Shown: one piece after another, positions 1 to 8,595 of the stretch
How the letters are laid out: every line of letters starts with the position of its first letter
Position numbering within the stretch: position 1 is the first letter of the stretch
Assembly: GCF_000354175.2 (NCBI RefSeq)
Contig: NC_022349.1
Location: 3,302,468-3,334,467, forward strand
DNA from: Vibrio alginolyticus NBRC 15630 = ATCC 17749
GTDB taxonomy: Bacteria > Pseudomonadota > Gammaproteobacteria > Enterobacterales > Vibrionaceae
Length of the DNA: 32,000 bases
Direction of reading: 5' to 3'
The notes under the pieces: model-generated
The model's database searches: none
Seen by the model: the letters and a program-made list of their open reading frames with translations, nothing else
What the model was told of the DNA's origin: nothing
Made by a program: the position numbers and the translations under genes

Positions 1-542
1 GTGAGCCAGAATTTTTCGAACAATACCCAGAAGATAAGATTGCAGCGTTGCAGCAGTTAGCCAATGAAGAGCCGGGTTTGGCTGCTTTATTGCGAAACGC
101 GAATTACCCGAATCCAGCAGGCGAGTTGGGTGGCTATTCTGCTAACGTCAAACGTTTAGCGACAGAGCACTACGCGTTGCTTGGTAATGCTGGTGAGTTT
201 CTTGATCCTGTATTTTCATCGGGTGTCACTATCGCCATGAAATCGGCAGAGTTTGCAGCGGACTGCTTGGTTCGTCAGCTGAATGGTGAAAAGGTTGATT
301 GGCAAGAAGAGTACTCGCAACGCTTAATGGTGGGAGTGAACACATTCCGCACTTATGTGGAAGGCTGGTACAACGGCACGTTGCAAGATGTGATTTTCTA
401 TCAAAACCCGAACCCACGTATTAAACAGATGATTAGTGCGATTTTGGCTGGATATGCTTGGGATACGAATAATCCTTACGTTAAACAAAGTGAGCAGCGT
501 TTGTCGACGCTTGCAGAACTGGTTCGGGAAGCTGAACTGTAA
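1..542 (+). CDS. C-terminal part of an FAD/NAD(P)-dependent oxidoreductase (halogenase / geranylgeranyl-reductase-like); the 5' end lies outside the window
   Basis: The frame containing the listed ORF (48..542) stays open back to nt 3, so the gene enters from upstream. The segment GNAGEFLDPVFSSGVTIAMKSAEFAA resembles the conserved C-terminal FAD-contact region of this flavoenzyme class. A hairpin terminator follows. Confidence 0.55.
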   Translation, partial: EPEFFEQYPEDKIAALQQLANEEPGLAALLRNANYPNPAGELGGYSANVKRLATEHYALLGNAGEFLDPVFSSGVTIAMKSAEFAADCLVRQLNGEKVDWQEEYSQRLMVGVNTFRTYVEGWYNGTLQDVIFYQNPNPRIKQMISAILAGYAWDTNNPYVKQSEQRLSTLAELVREAEL

Positions 543-578
543 GAATATACATTCGCTTATCCGAGAATCAGTAAACTT

Positions 579-611
579 AGGTCTTACCAAAAAATTGGTA
601 AGACCTTTTTA
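579..611 (+). terminator. Rho-independent terminator of the oxidoreductase gene
   Basis: AGGTCTTACC (579-588) pairs with GGTAAGACCT (597-606) around an A-rich loop. A T-run (606-610) follows. Confidence 0.8.
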
Positions 612-693
612 ATGCCTCTTTACTTTTACTTCTAGCGTGTTGGAGACACATTGACCACTTACATCGGCGTGTATCGAATTTGAGAATTTTTAT

Positions 694-709
694 GGTGACA
701 TTGATCACA
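694..709 (+). promoter_or_regulatory. CRP-like binding site (GGTGA-N6-TCACA) upstream of the lysozyme-like ORF
   Basis: GGTGAcattgaTCACA matches 9 of 10 positions of the TGTGA-N6-TCACA core. AT-rich -10-like hexamers (TATTTA 730-735, TATATT 734-739) lie about 30 bp downstream, which fits class II (-41.5) geometry. Confidence 0.4.
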
Positions 710-752
710 TCCAGGATTCCTGTTGCTGATATTTATATTAAATTTGTAGGAA

Positions 753-1493
753 ATGGATTACATTCTGGGAGTGTTCCCTACATCCGGCTTCGTTGTGAAA
801 ACGGTTTATAAGCAACTGTATAAGTTAGTAAAGTTCCAAAAACTACATCAAAAAAAAGACAAGTTTCTTACCAAATCAATTCGCTTGGTGAGTTCGAGCC
901 ATCGACTACGCCAAACGCTTCCTCTACTTTCTAAAATTGTCGAAGAACATGACGCATCAACGGTCTCTTCGATTGCAGATCCCGAGAACGCGGTCGCGTG
1001 GGGAGGTAAAGTTTCTCCAGAGTTCAAATCTAAAGTCATTCGTATTAGTAAAGAGCTAAAGATCAATCCTAATCATCTTATGGCGTGCATGGCATTTGAA
1101 ACTGCTGAAACTTTCAGTCCAAGCATCAAAAATGGTTCCGGAAGCGGGGCTACAGGGTTAATTCAATTTATGCCCTCTACCGCAGAATCATTAGGAGTGA
1201 ACACAAAGACTCTTGCGAGAATGAGCGCGCTTGAACAACTTGACTATGTGAAAGCGTACTATTGGCCCTATCGAAATAAAATTAATAGCTTAGAAGATGC
1301 TTACATGGCCATTCTCTACCCTGCTGCGATTGGTAAACCGCTGTCTTTCGTTTTGTTCAGACAAGGCTCAATAGCCTATCGACAGAATGCAGGTATCGAT
1401 CGCCACAACACGGGGAAAATCACGCTTAATGATGTTTCCTACAAAGTGAGGAAAAAATTAGAAAAAGGTTTGCAGCCCAATTTCATGGGCTAA
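753..1493 (+). CDS. Lysozyme-like / soluble lytic transglycosylase (GH23, SLT-type) domain protein with an uncharacterised N-terminal ~85 aa
   Basis: 246-aa ORF. The segment MAFETAETFSPSIKNGSGSGATGLIQFMPSTA fits the SLT pattern: catalytic Glu, then S..GA.GL.Q.M..TA. No N-terminal signal peptide or TM segment is recognisable. The SD (AGGA 748-751) is only 1 nt from the ATG, so the start is somewhat uncertain. Confidence 0.7.
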   Translation: MDYILGVFPTSGFVVKTVYKQLYKLVKFQKLHQKKDKFLTKSIRLVSSSHRLRQTLPLLSKIVEEHDASTVSSIADPENAVAWGGKVSPEFKSKVIRISKELKINPNHLMACMAFETAETFSPSIKNGSGSGATGLIQFMPSTAESLGVNTKTLARMSALEQLDYVKAYYWPYRNKINSLEDAYMAILYPAAIGKPLSFVLFRQGSIAYRQNAGIDRHNTGKITLNDVSYKVRKKLEKGLQPNFMG

Positions 1494-1592
1494 GATTGTG
1501 TCATGTTCCTAGTTTTTCGCGCATGAATCCTTCTGTTACTTCACGGGGATTCTGATACACTACGCGCCCATTTCCTCTGTTGAGACCTTTCT

Positions 1593-2801
1593 ATGCCATT
1601 TTCTAAGTTTGGTTTAAGCGCATCGATTGCTGATGCAGTAAAAGCGCTAGGTTATGAAAAACCCACTTCTATCCAACAAAAAGCCATTCCAATCGTATTG
1701 CGTGGCCGCAATTTAATTGCAGCAGCGCAAACGGGCACAGGTAAAACGGCCAGTTTTGTTCTGCCAATCTTAGAAAAGCTTAGTCGAGGCGAAACGCAAC
1801 ATAAAAAACGCGCTCGTGCGATTATCCTAACGCCAACACGCGAACTGGCGCTTCAGGTTCATCAAAGTATTGAAGCTTATGGTAAAAACTTACCATTACG
1901 CTCAATGGCGATGTTTGGTGGTGTGGATTATGCACCACAAAAACAAGCCTTGATCGAGGGTGTCGATATTGTGGTAAGCACGCCTGGGCGCTTGATTGAT
2001 CTGTACGGTCAACGCGCGATTCACTTTGATGAAGTGGAAATGCTAGTGCTTGATGAAGCCGACAAAATGTTGGATATGGGATTCATCGATGCGATCGACA
2101 AAATCGTCGACTGTATGCCAGAACATGTGCAAAGTTTGCTGTTCTCAGCGACGTTATCTAACCCTGTTCGTGACTTGGCGAAAAATGCGATTATTGATCC
2201 TGAAGAGATCACGATTGCAAAGCACAGTGCCTCAAAATCAAATATTAAACAGTGGATCACGACCGTCGATAAAGATATGAAGTCGTCGCTGTTAAGTCAC
2301 TTGCTTAAAGAAAATGACTGGTCGCAAGTACTGGTATTTATTGAAACTAAACACGGCGCAGCCAAACTGGTAAGCCAACTTGAGAAACGTGGCATTGTGG
2401 CAGAAGCATTCCACAGTGGCCGTAATCAGCGTGTTCGCCAGGAATTAATAGAAAAGTTTAAAGCGGGTGAAATCCAGTACTTAGTCGCAACCGGCGTTGC
2501 TGCGCGCGGTATTGATATTGATAATCTGCCAGTTGTCATCAACTACGATTTACCTTACCCAGCGGATGAGTATGTACATCGTATTGGTCGTACAGGTCGT
2601 GCTGGCGCGAAAGGTGAGGCGATATCACTGGTTTCAAAAGACGACTTTAAGAACCTCTGCATGATTGAAAGCCGTTTAGGGCACTTGCTAGAGCGAGTGG
2701 AAATTGAAGGTTTTGCGCCAAGAAAGCCAGTACCAATTTCAATTTTAAATTACGTGCCTAAGAATAAACGTAAACCGCACGATAAGCGCGAATCAAAATA
2801 G
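1593..2801 (+). CDS. DEAD-box ATP-dependent RNA helicase (RhlE-like, short basic C-tail)
   Basis: 402 aa with motif I AAQTGTGKT, Ia PTRELA, II DEAD, III SAT and VI HRIGRTGRAG. The C-terminus is basic (KNKRKPHDKRESK). Confidence 0.9.
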   Translation: MPFSKFGLSASIADAVKALGYEKPTSIQQKAIPIVLRGRNLIAAAQTGTGKTASFVLPILEKLSRGETQHKKRARAIILTPTRELALQVHQSIEAYGKNLPLRSMAMFGGVDYAPQKQALIEGVDIVVSTPGRLIDLYGQRAIHFDEVEMLVLDEADKMLDMGFIDAIDKIVDCMPEHVQSLLFSATLSNPVRDLAKNAIIDPEEITIAKHSASKSNIKQWITTVDKDMKSSLLSHLLKENDWSQVLVFIETKHGAAKLVSQLEKRGIVAEAFHSGRNQRVRQELIEKFKAGEIQYLVATGVAARGIDIDNLPVVINYDLPYPADEYVHRIGRTGRAGAKGEAISLVSKDDFKNLCMIESRLGHLLERVEIEGFAPRKPVPISILNYVPKNKRKPHDKRESK

Positions 2802-2820
2802 CCAGTTTATCCCATGATCT

Positions 2821-2846
2821 AAAAGCCGCATTCTTGCGGCTTTTTG
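2821..2846 (+). terminator. Rho-independent terminator after the helicase gene
   Basis: AAAAGCCGCA (2821-2830) pairs with TGCGGCTTTT (2835-2844) around the loop TTCT. A T-run follows. Confidence 0.85.
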
Positions 2847-3051
2847 CGTTTTTAGGCATCCAATAATGTAGCCATCGCGACGGTTTCTATTCGGTAATGA
2901 GGAAAAAAGTTAATCAGTGTCATACGCTTAACACGTAAAGTGAATCAAGGTGCGTTAAGCTTTTGTCAATTATCTGTCCGCAGGTTTGCACAAGGTAAGG
3001 AATGGGCGCAAACTTTTTTGCTTGCTAATGAATGCATAAGATGGGGCACAA

Positions 3052-3714
3052 ATGAAAACAGGTGATAAGCAATTCGCCGTTATTGGTCTTGGCCGATTTG
3101 GTTTGGCAGTGTGTAAAGAGTTACAAGATTCAGGCGCTCAAGTTTTAGCCGTTGACATCAACGAAGACAGAGTTAAAGAAGCTGCCAGTTTTGTTAGTCA
3201 GGCGGTTGTGGCTAACTGTACTCACGAAGAGACGGTTGCTGAGCTCAAACTTGATGATTACGACATGGTGATGATTGCCATCGGAGCGGATGTCAATGCC
3301 AGTATTCTTGCGACATTGATTGCTAAAGAGGCGGGAGTAAAGTCAGTATGGGTTAAAGCCAACGACCGCTTCCAAGCTCGTGTTCTGCAAAAAATTGGCG
3401 CAGACCACATTATCATGCCTGAGCGTGACATGGGGATACGTGTCGCGCGTAAAATGCTCGATAAACGGGTTCTTGAGTTCCACCCATTAGGCAGTGGCTT
3501 AGCTATGACGGAGTTTGTGATTGGCTCTCGTTGGATGGGTAAGACACTAAGTGATTTGGCTCTGTGCAAAGTCGATGGCGTGCAAGTGCTAGGGTTTAAA
3601 CGGGGCCCAGAAATTACCAAGGCACCTGACCTTAATACCACACTAGAAATTGGTGACCTAATTATTGTGGTCGGCCCTCAAGATGCGCTCGCAAATAAAT
3701 TAAAATCGCTATGA
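3052..3714 (+). CDS. ktrA: K+ uptake system peripheral NAD-binding subunit KtrA (RCK/TrkA-N + TrkA-C)
   Basis: 220 aa with an N-terminal Rossmann motif VIGLGRFG. Its stop overlaps the start of the downstream TrkH/KtrB-family gene (ATGA at 3711-3714). The size and pairing match the Vibrio KtrAB system. Confidence 0.85.
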   Translation: MKTGDKQFAVIGLGRFGLAVCKELQDSGAQVLAVDINEDRVKEAASFVSQAVVANCTHEETVAELKLDDYDMVMIAIGADVNASILATLIAKEAGVKSVWVKANDRFQARVLQKIGADHIIMPERDMGIRVARKMLDKRVLEFHPLGSGLAMTEFVIGSRWMGKTLSDLALCKVDGVQVLGFKRGPEITKAPDLNTTLEIGDLIIVVGPQDALANKLKSL

Positions 3715-5078
3715 CGTATTTTCATCAGAAAGGTGTTTTTTACGCACCAGATGGTAAACAAGAGAAAGCGAAAGGCAACGAACCGCGAATTATATTGCTC
3801 AGTTTTCTCGGTGTTTTACTGCCTTCTGCGGTATTGCTAACCTTGCCAGTTTTTTCTGTTACGGGCCTGTCGATAACGGATGCTTTGTTTACTGCAACGT
3901 CCGCTATTAGTGTGACAGGGCTTGGTGTTGTCGATACTGGGCAACACTTTACGCTTGCGGGTAAAATCTTGCTGATGTTTTTAATGCAAATCGGTGGGTT
4001 GGGGCAGATGACTTTGTCGGCGGTCTTACTCTATATGTTCGGCGTGCGTTTGAGTTTGCGTCAACAAGCGCTGGCGAAAGAAGCATTAGGGCAAGATCGG
4101 CAAGTCAATCTAAACCGACTAGTAAAGCGGATTGTTGTTTTCGCGCTTGTTGCAGAAACGATCGGGTTTATTTTTCTCTCTATCCGCTGGGTCCCTGAAA
4201 TGGGCTGGCAGACTGGTATGTTTTACGCCTTGTTTCATGCAATTTCTGCATTTAACAACGCTGGGTTCGCGCTGTTTTCTGACAGTATGATGAGCTTTGT
4301 GAATGATCCGTTGGTTATCTTTACACTGGCGGGGCTATTCATTTTTGGCGGGCTTGGTTTTACTGTTGTGGGTGACATCTGGCTAAACTGGCGCAAAGGT
4401 TTCCACTTTTTGCATCTTCACACCAAAATCATGCTGATTGCGACACCGATATTGCTCTTAGTCGGAACGATGATGTTTTGGTTACTTGAGCGAAGCAACC
4501 CAAACACAATGGCGTCTTTACCTGCAACAGGGCAATGGTTGGCGGCATTCTTTCAATCTGCGAGTGCTCGAACGGCAGGGTTTAATAGTGTTGACTTGGC
4601 GTTGTTTACCCAGCCAGCCTTACTGGTCATGATTGTTCTAATGTTAATTGGAGCGGGTTCCACCTCAACGGGGGGCGGTATTAAAGTTTCCACATTTGCT
4701 GTTGCGTTTATGGCTACGTGGACCTTTTTACGCCAAAAGAAACATGTGGTTATGTTTAAGCGAACCATAAATTGGCAAACTGTGACTAAGTCATTGGCAA
4801 TTATCGTTGTGAGCGGAGCCATCCTGACAAGCGCAATGTTTTTATTGATGCTTACCGAGAAGGCCAGCTTTGATAAGGTTATGTTTGAAACCATTTCCGC
4901 ATTTGCCACAGTGGGGCTCACCGCCGGTTTGACTGCGGAACTTTCTGAACCTGGTAAATACATTATGATCGTGGTGATGATCATTGGTCGTATTGGGCCG
5001 CTCACGCTTGCCTACATGTTGGCACGTCCTGAACCTACCTTGGTCAAATACCCAGAAGACGCCGTTCTTACAGGTTAA
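3711..5078 (+). CDS. ktrB: K+ transporter membrane subunit KtrB (TrkH/KtrB/HKT family)
   Basis: 455-aa polytopic protein with four pore-loop glycine motifs (SVTGLG, NNAGF, RTAGFNS, TVGLTAG). It is translationally coupled to ktrA. Confidence 0.9.
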   Translation: MTYFHQKGVFYAPDGKQEKAKGNEPRIILLSFLGVLLPSAVLLTLPVFSVTGLSITDALFTATSAISVTGLGVVDTGQHFTLAGKILLMFLMQIGGLGQMTLSAVLLYMFGVRLSLRQQALAKEALGQDRQVNLNRLVKRIVVFALVAETIGFIFLSIRWVPEMGWQTGMFYALFHAISAFNNAGFALFSDSMMSFVNDPLVIFTLAGLFIFGGLGFTVVGDIWLNWRKGFHFLHLHTKIMLIATPILLLVGTMMFWLLERSNPNTMASLPATGQWLAAFFQSASARTAGFNSVDLALFTQPALLVMIVLMLIGAGSTSTGGGIKVSTFAVAFMATWTFLRQKKHVVMFKRTINWQTVTKSLAIIVVSGAILTSAMFLLMLTEKASFDKVMFETISAFATVGLTAGLTAELSEPGKYIMIVVMIIGRIGPLTLAYMLARPEPTLVKYPEDAVLTG

Positions 5079-5091
5079 TATAGCGTTAAAC

Positions 5092-5136
5092 AATGGCCGC
5101 GCGACCATTACGAGCATTGATTAATAGCAGTGCTCG
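5092..5136 (+). terminator. Possible ktrAB 3' hairpins (weak, no clear U-tract)
   Basis: AATGGCCGCGCGACCATT is a near-palindrome (5092-5109). It is followed by CGAGCATTG (5111-5119) pairing with CAGTGCTCG (5128-5136, one G-U pair). Neither hairpin has a good T-run. Confidence 0.3.
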
Positions 5137-5408
5137 TACATTTATAGAATATGTGGAATGTTGCCCAGTTTTACCTACAAATTCGTAGAAGTTCATTTCT
5201 TCTTCCTTTCGTTTCGATACTATTCATTCACTCAATTTATATTCTCAGAAGCTACGCTCATAACAGCGTTTTGGAATCCGACGCTTTTGTAGTGTGACAC
5301 CAAACTACGTCGTGTTATCTGAGCGAATTGATACCAGCCTTCGTCAATAGTCACTCAGTCTTACTCTATGCCCATAGGGTTACTTTGTGCTTGTTGTGCT
5401 TGGTATGA

Positions 5409-8400
5409 ATGAACGAATCGAAAAGATGGAGTCGTACTTTGAAATTCAACACACTCGCCATGGCTATGCTAACTGCGCTTCTTGCAGGGAAGAGCATGGC
5501 AACTACTCCGCCATCACCGGTTTGGCATACTATTGCGTTGAGCGATGGTAGCTCCAGTGAGGCAATTCTACGTGGAACGGCAGATTTCCACTGGTTTGAA
5601 GATAAGCAGGGCAATGCCTTACTTCAGGAAGACGGCGTTTGGTTTTTCGCGCAGATTCAGCGCGAGTCAGACACGCCAATATTGATCTCGACAGGTGTGG
5701 TGAAAACGCAGTCGAGTGAGCCACCTGAGTCGGCGAGGTTTCGCCCGGATTTACAAGTTAAACCGCAATTATCTTCTCTAAAAACCATTGAACCGATGGC
5801 ACGAAAAAACCTACTGCGTTCGGCGCAAGGTTACCAGGCGATGAGCAGTTCAACGGTGAAGCAGCAGCCCCTATTGGTTGTGCAAGTTTCGTTTGATGAC
5901 CAAGCAATGGTGCATGATTTTGAGCAACGCGTATTTAATACCAATGGTCAAAGCGTTGTGGATTACTTTGATAAAAACTCTCAAGGTAAATTCAAAGTTG
6001 TTCCTGCACTTGAGAGTTACGGCACCGCCAATGACGGTGTGATAGATGTGACTGTGGCACAAAGCCACCCTAACTGTCACTCTAGTTCGACTGATAAAAC
6101 ATGCACCGCCAAGTTGAATGCGGTTTTCACCGAGGCTTATCAAAAACTGGATCCATACTTTAATCTTTCGGCCTACGACAGCAATCAAAATGGTACCGTA
6201 GAACCGTCAGAACTCTCTGTCATGTTTATTTTTGCGGGGGGCGATCGTTCAACAGGGGTTCTCAACCGTCCTGCTATTTGGCCGCACAAATTCTCTCACG
6301 ATGATGTCACACTAGATGGTAAAAAGATCACAGACTATTGTGTGTTCGCTGACTATCAAGTTGATCATCAAGCGACCTTGGGCGTGATCGTACACGAGCT
6401 TGGCCACTTAATGCTTGGCTTACCGGATTTGTACGCAAGGAACAGTGATGCCTCGATCGGCTCTTGGGGCGTGATGGGTGGCGGTTCATGGGCGCAGAAA
6501 CCGGGAGATTCATACGCTGGTGACACTCCGGTGAACATGAGTGCATGGAGCAAACACGCTGCTGGTTTTGTTGTACCAACGGTAACTCATGAAAGTCCAG
6601 CGCCTATTTCTGTGAACAACGACGATGTCAAGCTGGTGTATCTCGACCCGTACTTGAAAGAGTTTGGCCCACGTGTTTACTTGGAAAATCGCACCTTTAG
6701 CGGTTACGACCGAGCATTGGCGGCTGAAGGTATCCTGGCGACGTCGGTCAATGTCCAGAACCGCTTTAATGATGTTGGCGCGATGCAGGTTCAAATCATG
6801 CAGGCTGATGGTCTGAATGAGTTAGAAAATGATGGTAGGAGTGACGCTGACGATTTGTACCCTAATGGTGGCGATGTCATTTCAGATACATCGACCCCGG
6901 GTCTGAGAGCGATCACAGGGTTTGATACTGGGGTTCGTATTTCCAACATTGCCAGCAACACCAACGGCGGTAGCTTTTCTCTTGAGCATACAAACGAACC
7001 AAATAAATCAGCATGGCTGAACTCTCTTCATCAAGGTTATGTGTACGCGAGTGGGAGTAACACTCTGGCGGTGTCACTGGACTTGAATAGTGATACAGAG
7101 CTTGATGGCCTTCAACTTTACGCGCAAAGAGATAGCGCTCAAAGTGACATGATTTATCGAGTTTGGCGATTCCCATTTTCTGGAAACATTGGCTATCGAT
7201 TAATATTGAATCAAAACAACGCTGAGCTTTTACAGCAAGGTAACTTCCAAAAGTCATCTCGAATTTTATTCCCTCAATCAAGCCAATTGAGTGCGGGTCA
7301 GCATTTATTGGTCGTTGAATTGGAAGGCGGTCAATTTGATGCAAACTTTGACTTCGGCCGCTTGCTAAAAACTGAAAAAGCCTCCCTACCTGTAATGTGG
7401 ACTGGTGATTACAGTGAGATTGGCACGTTTGGTCTAGAAAAAGCCGGGTTCTCTTATATTCCGTTTGCAGCATTATTAAATGTGGATGCGAGCAACTTGG
7501 TTGAAGCGAAATCTGATTCGTTACAAACCAATAAAAATACGCCAATCAAACTGAACCTGATGGACAATGATTTCATGGCGGTAGGGTATCAGTTCAATGT
7601 GGACATTGTGCAGAAGCCTGAGCACGGCACCATCTCTGGCAACCAGTACCAACCTGAAGCTAACTTCGTTGGTCTGGACACTTTCCAATATCGTTTGTTG
7701 TCGGTTGATGGTGCGTACTCATCTTCAATCGTGAATGTGCAGGTGGAAGTGCTTGGCAGCAACGAAGCGCCAGTGGCCGTGATTGATGTTGATAATAAAG
7801 ACATGACGGTTGGGCAGCGAGTCACGTTGTCTGCGTTAAATAGTACGGATGCTGATGGTGACGTGTTGAGTTATAAATGGGAGCAGTTGGCTGGCACTTC
7901 AGTTTCTCTTGGCAATGCAACCAGTGTTAGCACAAGCTTTACGGTGCCTCAAGGTGCAAAAGCGGGTGAGGTTCTGACATTCCGTTTAACCGTGACTGAT
8001 CCTAGTAATGAAACGTCCAGTGCTACCGTCGATTTAACCATGAAAAACGCAGCGCCACTTACGCTTGCAGATACGGCGACCGTTGCCGTTGGTGAAAGTA
8101 TTCTGATTGATGCAGCGAGCAATGATTCGGATGTGAACGGCGATAAACTGGTTGTAGAAAGCGTACAGAACGTAACGGGTGTGGGAAGTGCGAGTGTAGA
8201 GAATGGCAAAATCCGTTTTCAAGCACCGGATAGCCCTACTGACGGCATCAAGCTGCAATATACGGTTTCAGACGGTCATGGTGCCACTGCTACGGGGGAA
8301 GTTATCGTGACGGTTGTTGCTTCTTTGAAGACAACGACATTCAAGAACTCTGAAGGTAGCGGCAGTGTTTCTTATTGGGCTTTGATGTTACTTGCAACAT

Positions 8401-8423
8401 TAGGCTGGCGACGTCGCGTCTAA
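5409..8423 (+). CDS. Secreted M6-family (immune inhibitor A-like) zinc metalloprotease with C-terminal cadherin-like/PKD-like Ig repeats and a GlyGly-CTERM-type sorting tail
   Basis: 1004 aa. The N-terminus is signal-like (MNESKRWSRTLKFNTLAMAMLTALLAGKSMA). The HEXXH site VIVHELGHLMLGLPDLY has HELGH encoded at 6393-6407. Ig-like modules carry the motifs LMDNDF, NSTDADGDVLSYKWEQ and NDSDVNGD. The C-terminus matches the GlyGly-CTERM layout. Confidence 0.85.
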   Translation: MNESKRWSRTLKFNTLAMAMLTALLAGKSMATTPPSPVWHTIALSDGSSSEAILRGTADFHWFEDKQGNALLQEDGVWFFAQIQRESDTPILISTGVVKTQSSEPPESARFRPDLQVKPQLSSLKTIEPMARKNLLRSAQGYQAMSSSTVKQQPLLVVQVSFDDQAMVHDFEQRVFNTNGQSVVDYFDKNSQGKFKVVPALESYGTANDGVIDVTVAQSHPNCHSSSTDKTCTAKLNAVFTEAYQKLDPYFNLSAYDSNQNGTVEPSELSVMFIFAGGDRSTGVLNRPAIWPHKFSHDDVTLDGKKITDYCVFADYQVDHQATLGVIVHELGHLMLGLPDLYARNSDASIGSWGVMGGGSWAQKPGDSYAGDTPVNMSAWSKHAAGFVVPTVTHESPAPISVNNDDVKLVYLDPYLKEFGPRVYLENRTFSGYDRALAAEGILATSVNVQNRFNDVGAMQVQIMQADGLNELENDGRSDADDLYPNGGDVISDTSTPGLRAITGFDTGVRISNIASNTNGGSFSLEHTNEPNKSAWLNSLHQGYVYASGSNTLAVSLDLNSDTELDGLQLYAQRDSAQSDMIYRVWRFPFSGNIGYRLILNQNNAELLQQGNFQKSSRILFPQSSQLSAGQHLLVVELEGGQFDANFDFGRLLKTEKASLPVMWTGDYSEIGTFGLEKAGFSYIPFAALLNVDASNLVEAKSDSLQTNKNTPIKLNLMDNDFMAVGYQFNVDIVQKPEHGTISGNQYQPEANFVGLDTFQYRLLSVDGAYSSSIVNVQVEVLGSNEAPVAVIDVDNKDMTVGQRVTLSALNSTDADGDVLSYKWEQLAGTSVSLGNATSVSTSFTVPQGAKAGEVLTFRLTVTDPSNETSSATVDLTMKNAAPLTLADTATVAVGESILIDAASNDSDVNGDKLVVESVQNVTGVGSASVENGKIRFQAPDSPTDGIKLQYTVSDGHGATATGEVIVTVVASLKTTTFKNSEGSGSVSYWALMLLATLGWRRRV
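8349..8420 (+). other. GlyGly-CTERM-type sorting signal (C-terminal 24 codons of the M6 protease)
   Basis: The sequence SEGSGSVSYWALMLLATLGWRRRV has a small Gly/Ser motif, a hydrophobic helix and an Arg cluster at the extreme C-terminus. This is the architecture recognised by rhombosortase. The motif is GSGS rather than a strict GG. Confidence 0.65.
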
Positions 8424-8442
8424 AACGGTATTGAATTGCGGT

Positions 8443-8475
8443 ATAAGCCACTCACATTGAGTGGCTTATTTTTTA
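8443..8475 (+). terminator. Rho-independent terminator of the protease gene
   Basis: ATAAGCCACTCA (8443-8454) pairs with TGAGTGGCTTAT (8458-8469). A T-run (8469-8474) follows. Confidence 0.85.
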
Positions 8476-8595
8476 TCTGATCTATTTTGGTTTCGTTCTC
8501 ATTGTCTTATGAGATGTGTTTCTCATTATTTTTAAAGCGATTTTTCTACTCTGCGGTTACCCTAGGGGCCGATTTTTATGAACTAAGGATGTTAT

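Noticed and set aside
2847-3051. Riboswitch or leader upstream of ktrA. ktrAB is under a c-di-AMP riboswitch in Firmicutes. An inverted repeat GCTTAAC...GTTAAGC is present at about 2925-2961.
   Set aside because: I see none of the conserved pseudo-two-fold ydaO-type architecture. The repeat is a 7-bp stem with a 23-nt loop, and this regulation is not expected in Vibrio.
5111-5136. Possible LuxR/HapR-type quorum-sensing operator (cATTGATtAAtag...) upstream of the protease gene.
   Set aside because: Only one half-site resembles the TATTGATA-type consensus and the other half does not. The same bases are explained equally well as a 9-bp hairpin downstream of ktrB. This is not enough for a call without a position-weight-matrix scan.
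6913-7545. 210-aa minus-strand ORF inside the M6 protease gene. Similar antisense ORFs occur at 5871-6188, 6510-6794, 3258-3641, 4553-5005, 18676-18981, 19003-19245 and 27531-27842.
   Set aside because: All lie entirely antisense to, or out of frame with, strongly supported genes. They have low-complexity, odd compositions (Cys/His/Gln/Ser-rich) and no SD, and they match no family I recognise. They are typical shadow ORFs.
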